Shown here piece by piece: positions 6,101 to 15,276 of a stretch of 44,814 bases of DNA. Source of the DNA: Accumulibacter sp. (lineage in GTDB: Bacteria; Pseudomonadota; Gammaproteobacteria; Burkholderiales; Rhodocyclaceae); NCBI GenBank assembly GCA_031290495.1, contig JAITNL010000082.1, forward strand, positions 1-44,814, read 5' to 3'. Each line of letters begins with the position of its first letter. Position 1 is the stretch's first letter. A program made the translations under genes and the position numbers. Below the pieces are notes generated by a model. It ran no database searches, had not been told where the DNA came from, and worked only from the letters and a program-made list of their open reading frames with translations.

Positions 6101-8585
6101 CGGGCGTCTCCTTCGATGCGCGGGGGCGCGTCAAGCGGGCGGAGAGCGCGAACAGCAGACTGACCAGGAACATCAACAGCCCGCCCCAGGCCGCGATACT
6201 TGGCACCTTCGCCCAGGCCAGCAGAGCGCCCACGCAGAGCGGACTGACCACTTGGCCCACGCGTTCCATGGTATTCAAAATGCTCATGGAAATTTCAACC
6301 CCCAGTTTTTCGGCAATTTTCAGGCGCAGCAGGTAGCCGCTTTGTCCGGGGATATTGCAGCAGGTGGCGAGACCGAGAAAGACCGCGCCGCACAGGGCCG
6401 CCGTCAAGGGAGGCAGCAGGGCAAAAGAGCCGATGGCGGCGGCGCCGGCCAGCCCGCCCCAGAAAACCACTGGCGCTTTGCCGCGCAGGCGGGCGGTGAG
6501 GCTTTCGATCCTCGGCCCCACATAGATGATCAGCAGACAGTAGAGCATGAAGACGCGCCCGATGTCCGCCTGGGCGCTGCCGGCCTCATGCAGGATGAGC
6601 GGCAGAAAAAAATTGAGCAGGCCCACCGTAAGAAAGGCGCCGGGAATGAGGCTGAAGAAAATAAAGGTCAGAAAAGCCGGGTTGAGGAGCAACGCGCGTA
6701 AATTGCTTCCGGCTGGCGCGGCTTTGGCCGGGCCGACGGCCTGTGGCGTCCTGGGCGGAGGCTGCTGAACTGGCGCGGCTTGCCCCCGACGGCCAAAGAG
6801 CAAAACCGGCAGGGCGCTCAGGCCGATCATCGGCAGGGCCGCGAGGCCGAAGACCACGGAATAGCCCAGCGAACTTGCCAGAATACCGCCCAGGGCGCTG
6901 CCGCAGAGCATGCCGGCATAGACTCCGGCACAGAGAAAGGCCAGCTTCCCCTCTTTGACCGCGGGCACCTGAGCCGTCAGGAGCGCCAGACCGTAGCCCG
7001 TCCCGGCCAGCCCCCTGGCCAAGATGAACTGCCAGGGCGAGACGGCCAGCATGGAGGCCAGATAACCCAGGGCCGCCAAGCCAAAACCGCAGCTCAGGGG
7101 GGGCACGAAACCCCGGCGCTTGATCCACAGGCCGGCCAATAAAATGCTGCATCCGGCCATGAAAACCTCGGCGGAAATGGGCAAGCCCAACAGCGCGGTC
7201 GAGGACTCGTCGCCGCGCATCAGCTCTTTCATGCGCAGGGGGATAAAAGAAACGCTCAGATTCATGGCCAGTAAAAACACGAACAGGAGTGGTCGCATCA
7301 GGACGCTGTGCCGCTCCGGCGCGGCTTGCGCAAGCTCAGGCACCTGTTGTTTACTGTGGGCGTAGTTGAAAAACAGGGAAAAACTCTCCAGCATCACCAT
7401 GATGGAGATCACCGCCAAGGTCAGCACATTCAGTACCAGCGAGCGTATCCCGGCCAGCCAGGTTTCCCAGGTCAGGCTGACCCGCACGAACAAGTCCTGC
7501 GCCGGGGGGATGGACAGCGCGTTGCCCTGGGAGTCTTCCGGCTTTTTGAGCGCGCTCAGGGGAAGGTGAAAGGAGGTATTTTCCGCCAGGGAAGTATCCG
7601 GTGGATGGCTGGAAGCCCAACGGTTTCCGTTGGCGGCCAGCACTTCCAGGACCACGGATTGGCCCGGTGTGGAGTCGCTCATTTTTTTCAGGTATTGATC
7701 GGGCTGACTCATGTTGCCCAGCGACACCCCCACCAGCATGAGCTTGTTCAAATCCTCGCTCAAAACCGTCCCGATGTGCAGGGACACCGAGCGTGCGGTC
7801 AAGGAGTACGAAGCCATATAAACACGCAGCGAATAAATGGTGTTACACCCCATGAGCGCAAGCAGCAGGCACATGTACAGCGCCGACAGCCGGTTGCGGC
7901 GCCTCTGGTCGGGAAAGTGATCTGGCCGCCGAAAGCTCTGGTACAGCGCCGACAGCCGGTGGTGACGCCCGCTCGCGGCGAGCTTCGCGAAACAGACCGG
8001 CAACAGCAGTAAAAGCGACAAGCCGACGGCCAGCATGACGATTTGCGCGCTTAACACGTCGCGTAGCAGCGCGCTGGCTTGGGCGCTGAATTGTTGCGCG
8101 GCAAGGCGGATGACCGTGTACCCAGCGCTTTTTCCGTCGCGATCCGCAATCGCCGTGCAGACGGTCAGGTAATCCGCCCCTTCCTCAAACCAAAAGTCGC
8201 CGCGTTCCGCCAGGCTGGTGAGCTGCGGCGCTTCTCCCCGCGAGGAAACGACGGTGCCGTCGGGCAGCAGCACGGCCAGACCGCCGGCATGGGGGAAATC
8301 TTTCATCGCCTGCGCCGTCAGCGCATCCAGGCCCCGGAAGCGGTTCAGCTGCTTGCCGAAACGCAATCCGGCGGCTATTTTCAGGTTCAGGACGGAGGCG
8401 CTCACCGCGGCCATTGACACGGCCTGGCTGCTTATTTCACGGCGCAGACTGTCGTAGAGCAGCCCGTCATACAGCGCGAAACTGATCAGCAGAATGAAGC
8501 TCCACCCGACCGCCAGATAACGGGCAAACGAACGCGCCTTGCCGGAAGTGGGGGGGGGGGTGGGGGTGCCGACAAGCGTACTCAT
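6087..8585 (-). CDS. MFS transporter fused to two N-terminal TM-periplasmic-TM sensor-like modules (~832 aa)
   Basis: The C-terminal ~400 aa has a 12-TM MFS pattern (LLGLPISAE, ARGLAGTGYG, GSALGGILA, ERVGQVVSP). The N-terminal half has four TM segments with two ~130-aa soluble domains. Start set at ATG 8585 (AGGA upstream); 8627 is possible. The 8993 start in the track overlaps sctW and is rejected. Confidence 0.85.
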   Translation of the reverse strand: MSTLVGTPTPPPTSGKARSFARYLAVGWSFILLISFALYDGLLYDSLRREISSQAVSMAAVSASVLNLKIAAGLRFGKQLNRFRGLDALTAQAMKDFPHAGGLAVLLPDGTVVSSRGEAPQLTSLAERGDFWFEEGADYLTVCTAIADRDGKSAGYTVIRLAAQQFSAQASALLRDVLSAQIVMLAVGLSLLLLLPVCFAKLAASGRHHRLSALYQSFRRPDHFPDQRRRNRLSALYMCLLLALMGCNTIYSLRVYMASYSLTARSVSLHIGTVLSEDLNKLMLVGVSLGNMSQPDQYLKKMSDSTPGQSVVLEVLAANGNRWASSHPPDTSLAENTSFHLPLSALKKPEDSQGNALSIPPAQDLFVRVSLTWETWLAGIRSLVLNVLTLAVISIMVMLESFSLFFNYAHSKQQVPELAQAAPERHSVLMRPLLFVFLLAMNLSVSFIPLRMKELMRGDESSTALLGLPISAEVFMAGCSILLAGLWIKRRGFVPPLSCGFGLAALGYLASMLAVSPWQFILARGLAGTGYGLALLTAQVPAVKEGKLAFLCAGVYAGMLCGSALGGILASSLGYSVVFGLAALPMIGLSALPVLLFGRRGQAAPVQQPPPRTPQAVGPAKAAPAGSNLRALLLNPAFLTFIFFSLIPGAFLTVGLLNFFLPLILHEAGSAQADIGRVFMLYCLLIIYVGPRIESLTARLRGKAPVVFWGGLAGAAAIGSFALLPPLTAALCGAVFLGLATCCNIPGQSGYLLRLKIAEKLGVEISMSILNTMERVGQVVSPLCVGALLAWAKVPSIAAWGGLLMFLVSLLFALSARLTRPRASKETPDAKR
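7875..7960. repeat. 20-bp direct repeat within the MFS gene (66-bp period)
   Basis: GTACAGCGCCGACAGCCGGT at 7875-7894 and 7941-7960, encoding RLSALY twice. Confidence 0.85.
8550..8560. repeat. G11 homopolymer (C11 on the coding strand), codons 9-12 of the MFS gene
   Basis: Sequence GGGGGGGGGGG at 8550-8560, followed by T and G5 (8562-8566). Confidence 0.9.
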
Positions 8586-8745
8586 AAAACGGATTTTCCT
8601 GTGGGTTCGGCGGCGTTGCTTTTCCATTTCGCCGCCAAATGGCAAAAAAAATGGCAAACTCTTGCGTTCAAGACTTGCCTTTGCATCTATGGTAAGTTTA
8701 TGTAAATTTTTGCCATGCCGCACAGTATAAGGGGGAGCAATTTCC

Positions 8746-9903
8746 ATGTCCATTTTGTCCACGCAGTTCAGCGCGAGCGATGCCGTTGGCGCGGCTTTCA
8801 ATCCGACCGGTCTGGCTGACGACGGGGCGATGGGACTTTTCATGGGCGCCGAGGTTGCCAAGGCCAACGACCCCATGTCCTTGCTGGCCGACGCCGCGGA
8901 AGAACTGACTTTCAGTCTGGCGGAAAGCGAAGAATCCAAACTCGACGAGCGCAAGGAAAAGTCCGAAAAAAGCAAGGTCCGCGACTCGCTCATTCATGCC
9001 GCGCAAAAAGCTGTCCAGCATCTGGACGAAAAAACCGACCGCGCCCTTAACCACCTGGAAAAGCTCTGCAAGACCCGCAACAACGTCGAGCTTGCCGAAC
9101 TGCTGCAAACTCTCAACCAGGACTTGGCGGAACCGTCGGGGCAGCGGGAAGGGGAGTCTGGCTTGCCGGATTCAGCGGATCGATTCATCGTGCTGACCGG
9201 CCTGAAGGATCGCCTGGGCGACGCGCATCCGCTGGCCGCCACCATCGACGCCGCCTTGCGCACCCTGGCCGCGGAAGAAACCTCCGCTATCGCTTCCGGC
9301 CTGGCCGTGGAGCTGGCCGCGCCGGATTTTCCGGCGTTGCGCGAGGAGCAAAACCTGCGCGGAATCTATCGCAGCGTGGTGGCCGACTTCGCTTCGCCGC
9401 GCGACGCCCTGACCCGCCTCATGACCCAGTTCGGCCAGAACCGCCTGGACGAAGGGCTGAATTTCCTGATGACGGTGCTGGGCAATGAACTTTCCTCGGT
9501 GGCGCCGTCGGCGGAAAAATCGCACCTGAAAGCCTTGACCGGCGATCTCGCCACGGTGCGCGTGCTGGGCATCGTTCAGGATCGTTGCGCCGTGTTGCTG
9601 AAACGCCTGGATACGGCGCATGGCGTGCCCGGACTGCTCGGCCCGGAAGCCCTGCTGGATAAATTTCTGACCATGCGTGACAATCAATACCTCGGCGCGC
9701 ATGACTTTGCCACACTGACCAATCAACTGGGGCTGCCGGACACGGAGCGCAAGGTGCTCTTCCAGCAGGATGTCATGCAGGGTTTGCGGGATTTCCCCGG
9801 CCTGTTCTACGGGGACGACGCCACCCGTGTGCGGATGCTCGACGCGGCGCAGGGTTCCCTGGATGAATCGATTCGCCTGGAAGAAGAAGAGTTGGGGTAC
9901 TAA
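8746..9903 (+). CDS. sctW: T3SS gatekeeper SctW (YopN/HrpJ domain fused to a TyeA-like C-terminus)
   Basis: SLLADAAEELTF motif, LRGIYRSVV, and a C-terminal TyeA-like segment (RKVLFQQDV...RVRMLDAAQGSLDESI). First gene of the export operon. Confidence 0.85.
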   Translation: MSILSTQFSASDAVGAAFNPTGLADDGAMGLFMGAEVAKANDPMSLLADAAEELTFSLAESEESKLDERKEKSEKSKVRDSLIHAAQKAVQHLDEKTDRALNHLEKLCKTRNNVELAELLQTLNQDLAEPSGQREGESGLPDSADRFIVLTGLKDRLGDAHPLAATIDAALRTLAAEETSAIASGLAVELAAPDFPALREEQNLRGIYRSVVADFASPRDALTRLMTQFGQNRLDEGLNFLMTVLGNELSSVAPSAEKSHLKALTGDLATVRVLGIVQDRCAVLLKRLDTAHGVPGLLGPEALLDKFLTMRDNQYLGAHDFATLTNQLGLPDTERKVLFQQDVMQGLRDFPGLFYGDDATRVRMLDAAQGSLDESIRLEEEELGY

Positions 9904-9904
9904 A

Positions 9905-10285
9905 ATGAGCTATACCCACGTCATCGCCGAGTTCGGGCGGCGCATCAACCTGCCGGATCTGGTTCTGGAGCCGGGAAAACCCGTGCAGCTCCATATCCGG
10001 GGGATGGGAACCCTGTTTATCGAAAGCGCGGAGGAGGAAATTCTGCTTTACCTTGCGCGCGCCTTCCCCGCGCACCAGCACGAGGCGCCGCGCCGGGCGC
10101 TGGCCCTGTGCCGCCCCGGTCTGGCACGTCCTTTTCCGGTCTGCGCCGGGTTGTACAAGGGGACGACGCTGTTATTCCTGGCGCGTTTTCCACTGGCGCA
10201 GTTTTCCGTGCAAAGCCTGGAACAGGCGGTCCCGATCCTTTCCGGTCTGCTGGATCGCGCGCTCGCCCCGGACGGCGCGGGCTGA
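9905..10285 (+). CDS. sycN: T3SS gatekeeper chaperone (SycN-like, CesT/class I fold)
   Basis: 126 aa from ATG 9905, directly after sctW. Motifs VIAEFGRRINLPDL, GTLFIE, LYLAR and a C-terminal amphipathic helix. Confidence 0.75.
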   Translation: MSYTHVIAEFGRRINLPDLVLEPGKPVQLHIRGMGTLFIESAEEEILLYLARAFPAHQHEAPRRALALCRPGLARPFPVCAGLYKGTTLLFLARFPLAQFSVQSLEQAVPILSGLLDRALAPDGAG

Positions 10286-10315
10286 CTTTAACCCTTCACG
10301 CAAAAGGCGGCTGGC

Positions 10316-10681
10316 ATGGCCAACACGATACAGGCGAACTATGATTTAACCCGTGGCATTCAGGATATTCTGCCTTTTGAGGCCGGTTCCCTGCCGGCCA
10401 AGGCCGCCCTGGCGCCCACCGACGTTTCGCGCGCGGCCCTGCTGGATACCCTTTATGCCGCGCGCAACTGCGCGGCCGTCATCGGCTCTTTTTTAAGCCC
10501 CACCGTCCGCAATCTGGAAAACCTCAGCCCGGAACGCTACCGCCGCAGCTTGCGCCAGTGCCGGGAGCAACTGAAGAACTCCGACGATCCGGCGCTGGCG
10601 GCGCTGGCCGAACTGCTGCAAGAGGATGGTGAACGCGTCGACCTTTTACAATCCTTTCAGGGCCTCCTGTTGGCGGGCTGA
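10316..10681 (+). CDS. sctX: T3SS YscX/SctX-like protein
   Basis: 121 aa between sycN and a small TPR protein. C-terminus LLQEDGERVDLLQSFQGLLLAG resembles YscX. Confidence 0.6.
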   Translation: MANTIQANYDLTRGIQDILPFEAGSLPAKAALAPTDVSRAALLDTLYAARNCAAVIGSFLSPTVRNLENLSPERYRRSLRQCREQLKNSDDPALAALAELLQEDGERVDLLQSFQGLLLAG

Positions 10682-10693
10682 GGCGGCGACCGG

Positions 10694-11020
10694 ATGAACC
10701 AGCGTGAACAGATTGAAGCCCTTGAAATACTGGGGCATTTGTATTTCCGGCAGGGACGCGCCGCCGAGGCGCACACCGTTTTTGCGGGCATCCTGGCCCT
10801 GGAGGCGGAAAACAAGGCCGCCCAGAAGCACCTGGCGGCCTTGGCCCTGGAACGGGGCGACGGTCAGGAGGCGCTGCAGCGGTTGAGCGGCCATACCGAA
10901 CCGGCGGCTTTGCTGATGCGCGCCCAAGCCTTGCGTCTGGCTGGACAGACCGGCGAAATGGAAAAGGTTTTCAGGGATTATCTGCAAGCGACCGGGAAAG
11001 CGACGGCCGCTCAACCATAA
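10694..11020 (+). CDS. sctY: T3SS YscY/SctY-like TPR chaperone
   Basis: 108 aa with TPR pattern (LGHLYFRQGRAAEAHTVFAGILAL; LLMRAQAL), immediately before sctV. Confidence 0.7.
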   Translation: MNQREQIEALEILGHLYFRQGRAAEAHTVFAGILALEAENKAAQKHLAALALERGDGQEALQRLSGHTEPAALLMRAQALRLAGQTGEMEKVFRDYLQATGKATAAQP

Positions 11021-11071
11021 AGCGTGTCCGCCGGAAGGGGGACCGGAAGCAATCGAACGGAGAAGCAGGAT

Positions 11072-13159
11072 ATGGCCGTGTTTTCCGCCAAAAATATAGT
11101 GCGCGGGGTGGTCCGCCACACGGACCTGACCATGGTGGCCGTGCTGGTGCTGGTCTTCGCCATGATGATCGTGCCCATGCCCACGCCGGTGGTGGATTTA
11201 CTGATCGGCATCAATATCGGGATCTCGTTCATCATCATGATGATGGCCATGTATGTGGCCTCCGTTCTGGAATTTTCCGTTTTCCCCACCTTGTTGTTGT
11301 TCACCACCCTTTTCCGGGTCGGTCTGAACATCACCACCACCCGTCTGATTCTGCTCAACGCCGACGCCGGCGCGATCATCGAAACCTTCGGGGAATTTAT
11401 GGTGGGCGGCAATTTCGTGGTGGGCGGCGTGGTCTTTCTCATTCTGACGGTGGTGCAGTTCATTGTTATTTCCAAAGGCTCGGAGCGGGTGGCGGAAGTG
11501 GGCGCGCGTTTTACCCTGGACGCCATGCCCGGCAAGCAGATGAGCATTGACGCGGATTTGCGCGCGGGGGCCATCGACATGGCCGAAGCCGGACGCCGCC
11601 GGGATCGGGTGTCCAAGGAAAGCAGCCTGTACGGGGCCATGGACGGCGCCATGAAATTCGTCAAGGGCGACGCCGTGGCGGGAATTTTCATCACCTCCAT
11701 CAACCTGGTCGGCGGCATCATCATCGGCATCACCCAGATGGACATGTCCGCCGGGGAGGCGGTGCAGCGTTTCGGCATCCTCAGCATCGGCGACGGGCTG
11801 GTTTCGCAGATTCCCTCGCTGCTCATCTCCATCTCGGCTGGCATCCTGATTACCCGCACGGGCGACGACAGCGCGGATGGCCTGGGCAGTCAGGTCGGCG
11901 GCCAGATTTTCGCGCAGCCCAAGGCGCTGACGCTGGCTGGCGCGCTGGTGGCGATCATGGCCGTGATTCCCGGCTTCCCCAAACCGCAGTTGATCATGCT
12001 CGGCGCGAGCATTTGTTTCCTGGGCTTCATCCTGCTGCGCATCCGCGGAGAAGCGCCGTCCGACGACAGCCAGGAAGAGTTGAACAAGACGCTGGCCCCC
12101 ACGGTAGGTTCCCAAGCGCCCAAAGCCAAAGCGGGCGACGATTTCGCCCCCACCGTGCCGATTCTGCTGGATATTTCCCCGGAAATGGAAAAATCCCTCA
12201 GTTACAACGCCTTGAATCAAGAACTGCTGGCGCTGCGCCGGGCGCTCTATTTCGACCTGGGCGTGCCCTTCCCCGGGATCAACCTCAGAACCAACGAGAA
12301 TCTGACCGCCCTTTCCTACGCGCTGCTGATTCACGAAGTGCCCATCGCGCGCGGGGGGATGGAAAAAAACATGATCCTGGTGCGGGAATCGCGCGCCAAT
12401 CTGGAAATGCTGTCGCTGGACGTGCGCGAAACCGAGCAGTTCCTGCCGGGCATCCCATCGCTGTGGGTGGATGAGACCAAGGGGCCGCTTCTCGAACAGG
12501 CCGGCATCGGCTGCATGACGCATCCCCGGATTCTGGCCTATCACCTGTCCCTGATGCTCACGCGCCACGCCGCTGAATTTATCGGCTTGCAGCAGGCGAA
12601 ATTCCTGCTCGACCGCATGGAGGCCATTGCTCCGGATCTGGTGCGGGAAGCGACCCGGCTGCTGCCGGTGCAGAAAGTCGCCGAGATTTTTCAGCGCCTG
12701 GTGCGCGAGCGCGTCTCCATCCGCAACCTGAGCGCCGTTCTGGAATCCCTGGTGGACTGGGCCGGCCGGGAAAAAGACATCGTGCTGCTCACCGAGCAGG
12801 TGCGCGGGGCGCTCAAACGGCAGATCAGCTACATGCACTCCGGCGGCCTCAATATCCTGCCGGTGGTGCTTTTGAATCCCGACGTGGAAGACCTGGTGCG
12901 CAAGGCCATCCGCCAGACCTCGTCGGGGGCCTATCTGGCGCTGGCGCCGGAAGCCAGCCGCTCCTTTCTGGACGCCCTGCACAAGGAAACCGATCCGTCG
13001 CTGGCGCGCAAACAAACCCCGGTACTGCTCACTTCCATGGACATCCGCCGTTATGTGCGCCGGCTGATCGAGCCGGAGTTTTACGATCTGCCGGTGCTTT
13101 CCTACCAGGAACTGACCCCGGAGATAACCACGCAACCCATTGCCAGGATAAAACTATGA
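11072..13159 (+). CDS. sctV: T3SS export gate SctV (LcrD/YscV/InvA family)
   Basis: FHIPEP motifs ERVAEVGARFTLDAMPGKQMSIDADL, YGAMDGAMKFVKGDA, SIGDGLVSQIP and DIRRYVR...VLSYQEL. Start at ATG 11072; the track starts at 11024. Confidence 0.97.
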   Translation: MAVFSAKNIVRGVVRHTDLTMVAVLVLVFAMMIVPMPTPVVDLLIGINIGISFIIMMMAMYVASVLEFSVFPTLLLFTTLFRVGLNITTTRLILLNADAGAIIETFGEFMVGGNFVVGGVVFLILTVVQFIVISKGSERVAEVGARFTLDAMPGKQMSIDADLRAGAIDMAEAGRRRDRVSKESSLYGAMDGAMKFVKGDAVAGIFITSINLVGGIIIGITQMDMSAGEAVQRFGILSIGDGLVSQIPSLLISISAGILITRTGDDSADGLGSQVGGQIFAQPKALTLAGALVAIMAVIPGFPKPQLIMLGASICFLGFILLRIRGEAPSDDSQEELNKTLAPTVGSQAPKAKAGDDFAPTVPILLDISPEMEKSLSYNALNQELLALRRALYFDLGVPFPGINLRTNENLTALSYALLIHEVPIARGGMEKNMILVRESRANLEMLSLDVRETEQFLPGIPSLWVDETKGPLLEQAGIGCMTHPRILAYHLSLMLTRHAAEFIGLQQAKFLLDRMEAIAPDLVREATRLLPVQKVAEIFQRLVRERVSIRNLSAVLESLVDWAGREKDIVLLTEQVRGALKRQISYMHSGGLNILPVVLLNPDVEDLVRKAIRQTSSGAYLALAPEASRSFLDALHKETDPSLARKQTPVLLTSMDIRRYVRRLIEPEFYDLPVLSYQELTPEITTQPIARIKL

Positions 13160-13419
13160 GTTCCCCGATCGATTTGGCCATGCAGGTCTGTTATCTGGTG
13201 CTGCTGCTCTCTTTGCCGGCGATTGTCGTGGCCTCGATTACCGGCCTTCTGGTCAGCCTGTTTCAGGCCATCACCCAGTTGCAGGAACAGACACTGAGCT
13301 TCGGCATAAAACTGGTCAGCGTCATCGCCACCCTCCTGCTCACGTCCAGTTGGCTGGGCGGCGAACTGTTGCGTTTTTCCCAGGCCATTTTTGACGGCTT
13401 TTACCTTGTCGGGCGCTGA
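13156..13419 (+). CDS. sctS: T3SS export apparatus SctS (YscS/FliQ family)
   Basis: GLLVSLFQAITQLQEQTLSFGIKL; 87 aa. Confidence 0.95.
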   Translation: MSSPIDLAMQVCYLVLLLSLPAIVVASITGLLVSLFQAITQLQEQTLSFGIKLVSVIATLLLTSSWLGGELLRFSQAIFDGFYLVGR

Positions 13420-13435
13420 CGGAAAGCAAATTACG

Positions 13436-14239
13436 ATGCCGGAATTGCCAGGGTCCTTCTACTACACTCAAGGAATGTTGCTGTTCATCGGTTACGCGCG
13501 TCTGCTGACCTTCTTTATTCTCGTGCCTTTCATGGGGGGCGATGCCGTTCCGGGACAACTGCGCATCGCCCTGGCCTTTATTCTTTCGCTTTTTGTCTAC
13601 CCCACTTTCGCCGCGCTTACGCCGCCGGAATCCGGTCTGCCATTTCTCCTGTGGCTGTTGTTTACCCTGGGCAAGGAATTGCTGATCGGCTTCATCTTGG
13701 CCTATACGGCCAGCGTAATCTTCTGGGCCATGCTGTCCACCGGCTTCCTGCTGGACAACCAGCGCGGGGCCGGCATGGGACAGACCACGGATCCGTCCAG
13801 CGGGGAAAGCACCTCGCTTTTCGGAAGTCTGCTGAATCAGATTACCGTGTACATCATGTTCAGCAGCGGGGCTTTTCTCCAGATCGTGCTGCTGCTGCTC
13901 GCCAGTTACAGCATCTGCCCGCCGGGAATCGAATTTAGCCAGGGGGCGGAACAGGTCATCCCCTTCTTCCTGATGGGACAGTTTTCCCGTCTGATGACCA
14001 TCGCGGTGGTTTTTGCCGCCCCCATTGCGCTGATCTGTCTTTTATGCGATGTGAGTCTGGGCATCATCAACCGCTTTGCCCCGCAGCTGAACGTGTTTTT
14101 CCTTTCCATGCCGATCAAAAGCGCCCTCGGCCTGCTGATGATTCTGCTCTATCTGAGAACCCTGCTCCCTCTGGTTACCCGTGAGTTGTTTTCCATCGAC
14201 GGGCAGGCCACGGCGTTCTTGAGAGCGATCGGACTATGA
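13436..14239 (+). CDS. sctT: T3SS export apparatus SctT (YscT/FliR family)
   Basis: Motifs GKELLIG, GFLLDNQRGA and GIINRFAPQLNVFFLSMPIKS. Confidence 0.95.
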   Translation: MPELPGSFYYTQGMLLFIGYARLLTFFILVPFMGGDAVPGQLRIALAFILSLFVYPTFAALTPPESGLPFLLWLLFTLGKELLIGFILAYTASVIFWAMLSTGFLLDNQRGAGMGQTTDPSSGESTSLFGSLLNQITVYIMFSSGAFLQIVLLLLASYSICPPGIEFSQGAEQVIPFFLMGQFSRLMTIAVVFAAPIALICLLCDVSLGIINRFAPQLNVFFLSMPIKSALGLLMILLYLRTLLPLVTRELFSIDGQATAFLRAIGL

Positions 14240-15276
14240 GCGAAAAAACCGAACCGCCCACCTCAAAACGTCTGCGTGACGCGCGCGAAAAGGGGCAGGT
14301 CTGCAAAAGCCAGGAAGTGGGCGCCACGGCTGTTTTGCTGACGGTGTTCGGCATTTTTCTGGGCGCCGGTTCTTTTATCTGGGAGACGCTCATCATGATG
14401 TTCGAGGCGCCCCTGCGCGCCATACATCTGCCCTTTTGGGAGGCGCTCCCCAATGTCGCGGGCGAGGTTGCCATGCTGGCCATGCGTTTGACCGCGCTGA
14501 TCCTGGGCGCGGCCATCGCCGCCGGTCTGGCCGCCAACCTGATCCAGATCGGCGTGCTGATCAGCATCAAGTCGGTCACGCCCAGTCTGGACAAGCTCAA
14601 CCCCGCCCAGTGGTTCAAAAAAACCTTTGCCATAAAAAATTTCGTGGAACTGCTCAAAACCATCGCCAAAACGCTGATCATCGCCTGGGTGGTCAAAATA
14701 GCCATTGAAGACAATCTTGGACTTTTGCTCAGTATCCCCTACGGCGGTCTGGGCGGCATCGCCCCTTCGGCCGGCGCGCTGTTTGCCTCCCTCATTTTCC
14801 GCGTCGCGCCGGTTTTTCTGGCGGTGGCGGTCTTTGACTATTTTTTCCAGCACTGGCAGTACATCAAAGGTTTGCGCATGAGCAAGGATGAGGTCAAACG
14901 CGAGTACAAGGAAATGGAAGGCGACCCGATGATCAAGGGCAAACGCAAACAATTGCACCAGGAAATGGCCACGTCCAACACGCTGTCCAACGTGCGCAAG
15001 GCGCAGGTGGTGGTGACCAACCCCACGCATGTGGCCGTGGCGCTGATGTACGACGAAAAGAAAACCCCGCTGCCGATCATCGTGGGCATGGGTGAAGGCT
15101 TGCTGGCCCAGCGCATCATGGAAATCGCCAAGGAAGAGGGTATCCCCATCATGCAGAACGTTCCCCTCGCCCGCGCCCTGCTGCAGGACGGCGTGGAGAA
15201 CGAATATATCCCGGCCGATCTCATCCGTCCGGTGGCGGAAATTCTGCGCTGGGCGCAAAGCCTCAAGAAAGCCTGA
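14236..15276 (+). CDS. sctU: T3SS substrate-specificity switch SctU (YscU/FlhB family)
   Basis: SEKTEPPTSKRLRDAREKGQV, MSKDEVKREYKEMEGDP and the autocleavage motif NPTH. Confidence 0.97.
   Translation: MSEKTEPPTSKRLRDAREKGQVCKSQEVGATAVLLTVFGIFLGAGSFIWETLIMMFEAPLRAIHLPFWEALPNVAGEVAMLAMRLTALILGAAIAAGLAANLIQIGVLISIKSVTPSLDKLNPAQWFKKTFAIKNFVELLKTIAKTLIIAWVVKIAIEDNLGLLLSIPYGGLGGIAPSAGALFASLIFRVAPVFLAVAVFDYFFQHWQYIKGLRMSKDEVKREYKEMEGDPMIKGKRKQLHQEMATSNTLSNVRKAQVVVTNPTHVAVALMYDEKKTPLPIIVGMGEGLLAQRIMEIAKEEGIPIMQNVPLARALLQDGVENEYIPADLIRPVAEILRWAQSLKKA

Noticed and set aside
8652-8666. TGGCA...TTGC as a sigma54 promoter for sctW
   Set aside because: The GG-to-GC spacing is 9 nt rather than the required 10.
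8586-8993. N-terminal extension of the MFS ORF (968 aa in the track)
   Set aside because: It overlaps sctW on the opposite strand and the AT-rich promoter spacer. A plausible RBS and start exist at 8585.
8746-15276. Flagellar export genes (flhA, fliQ, fliR, flhB)
   Set aside because: The gatekeeper, SycN and YscX/YscY-like neighbours are injectisome-specific, and no flagellar genes are present.
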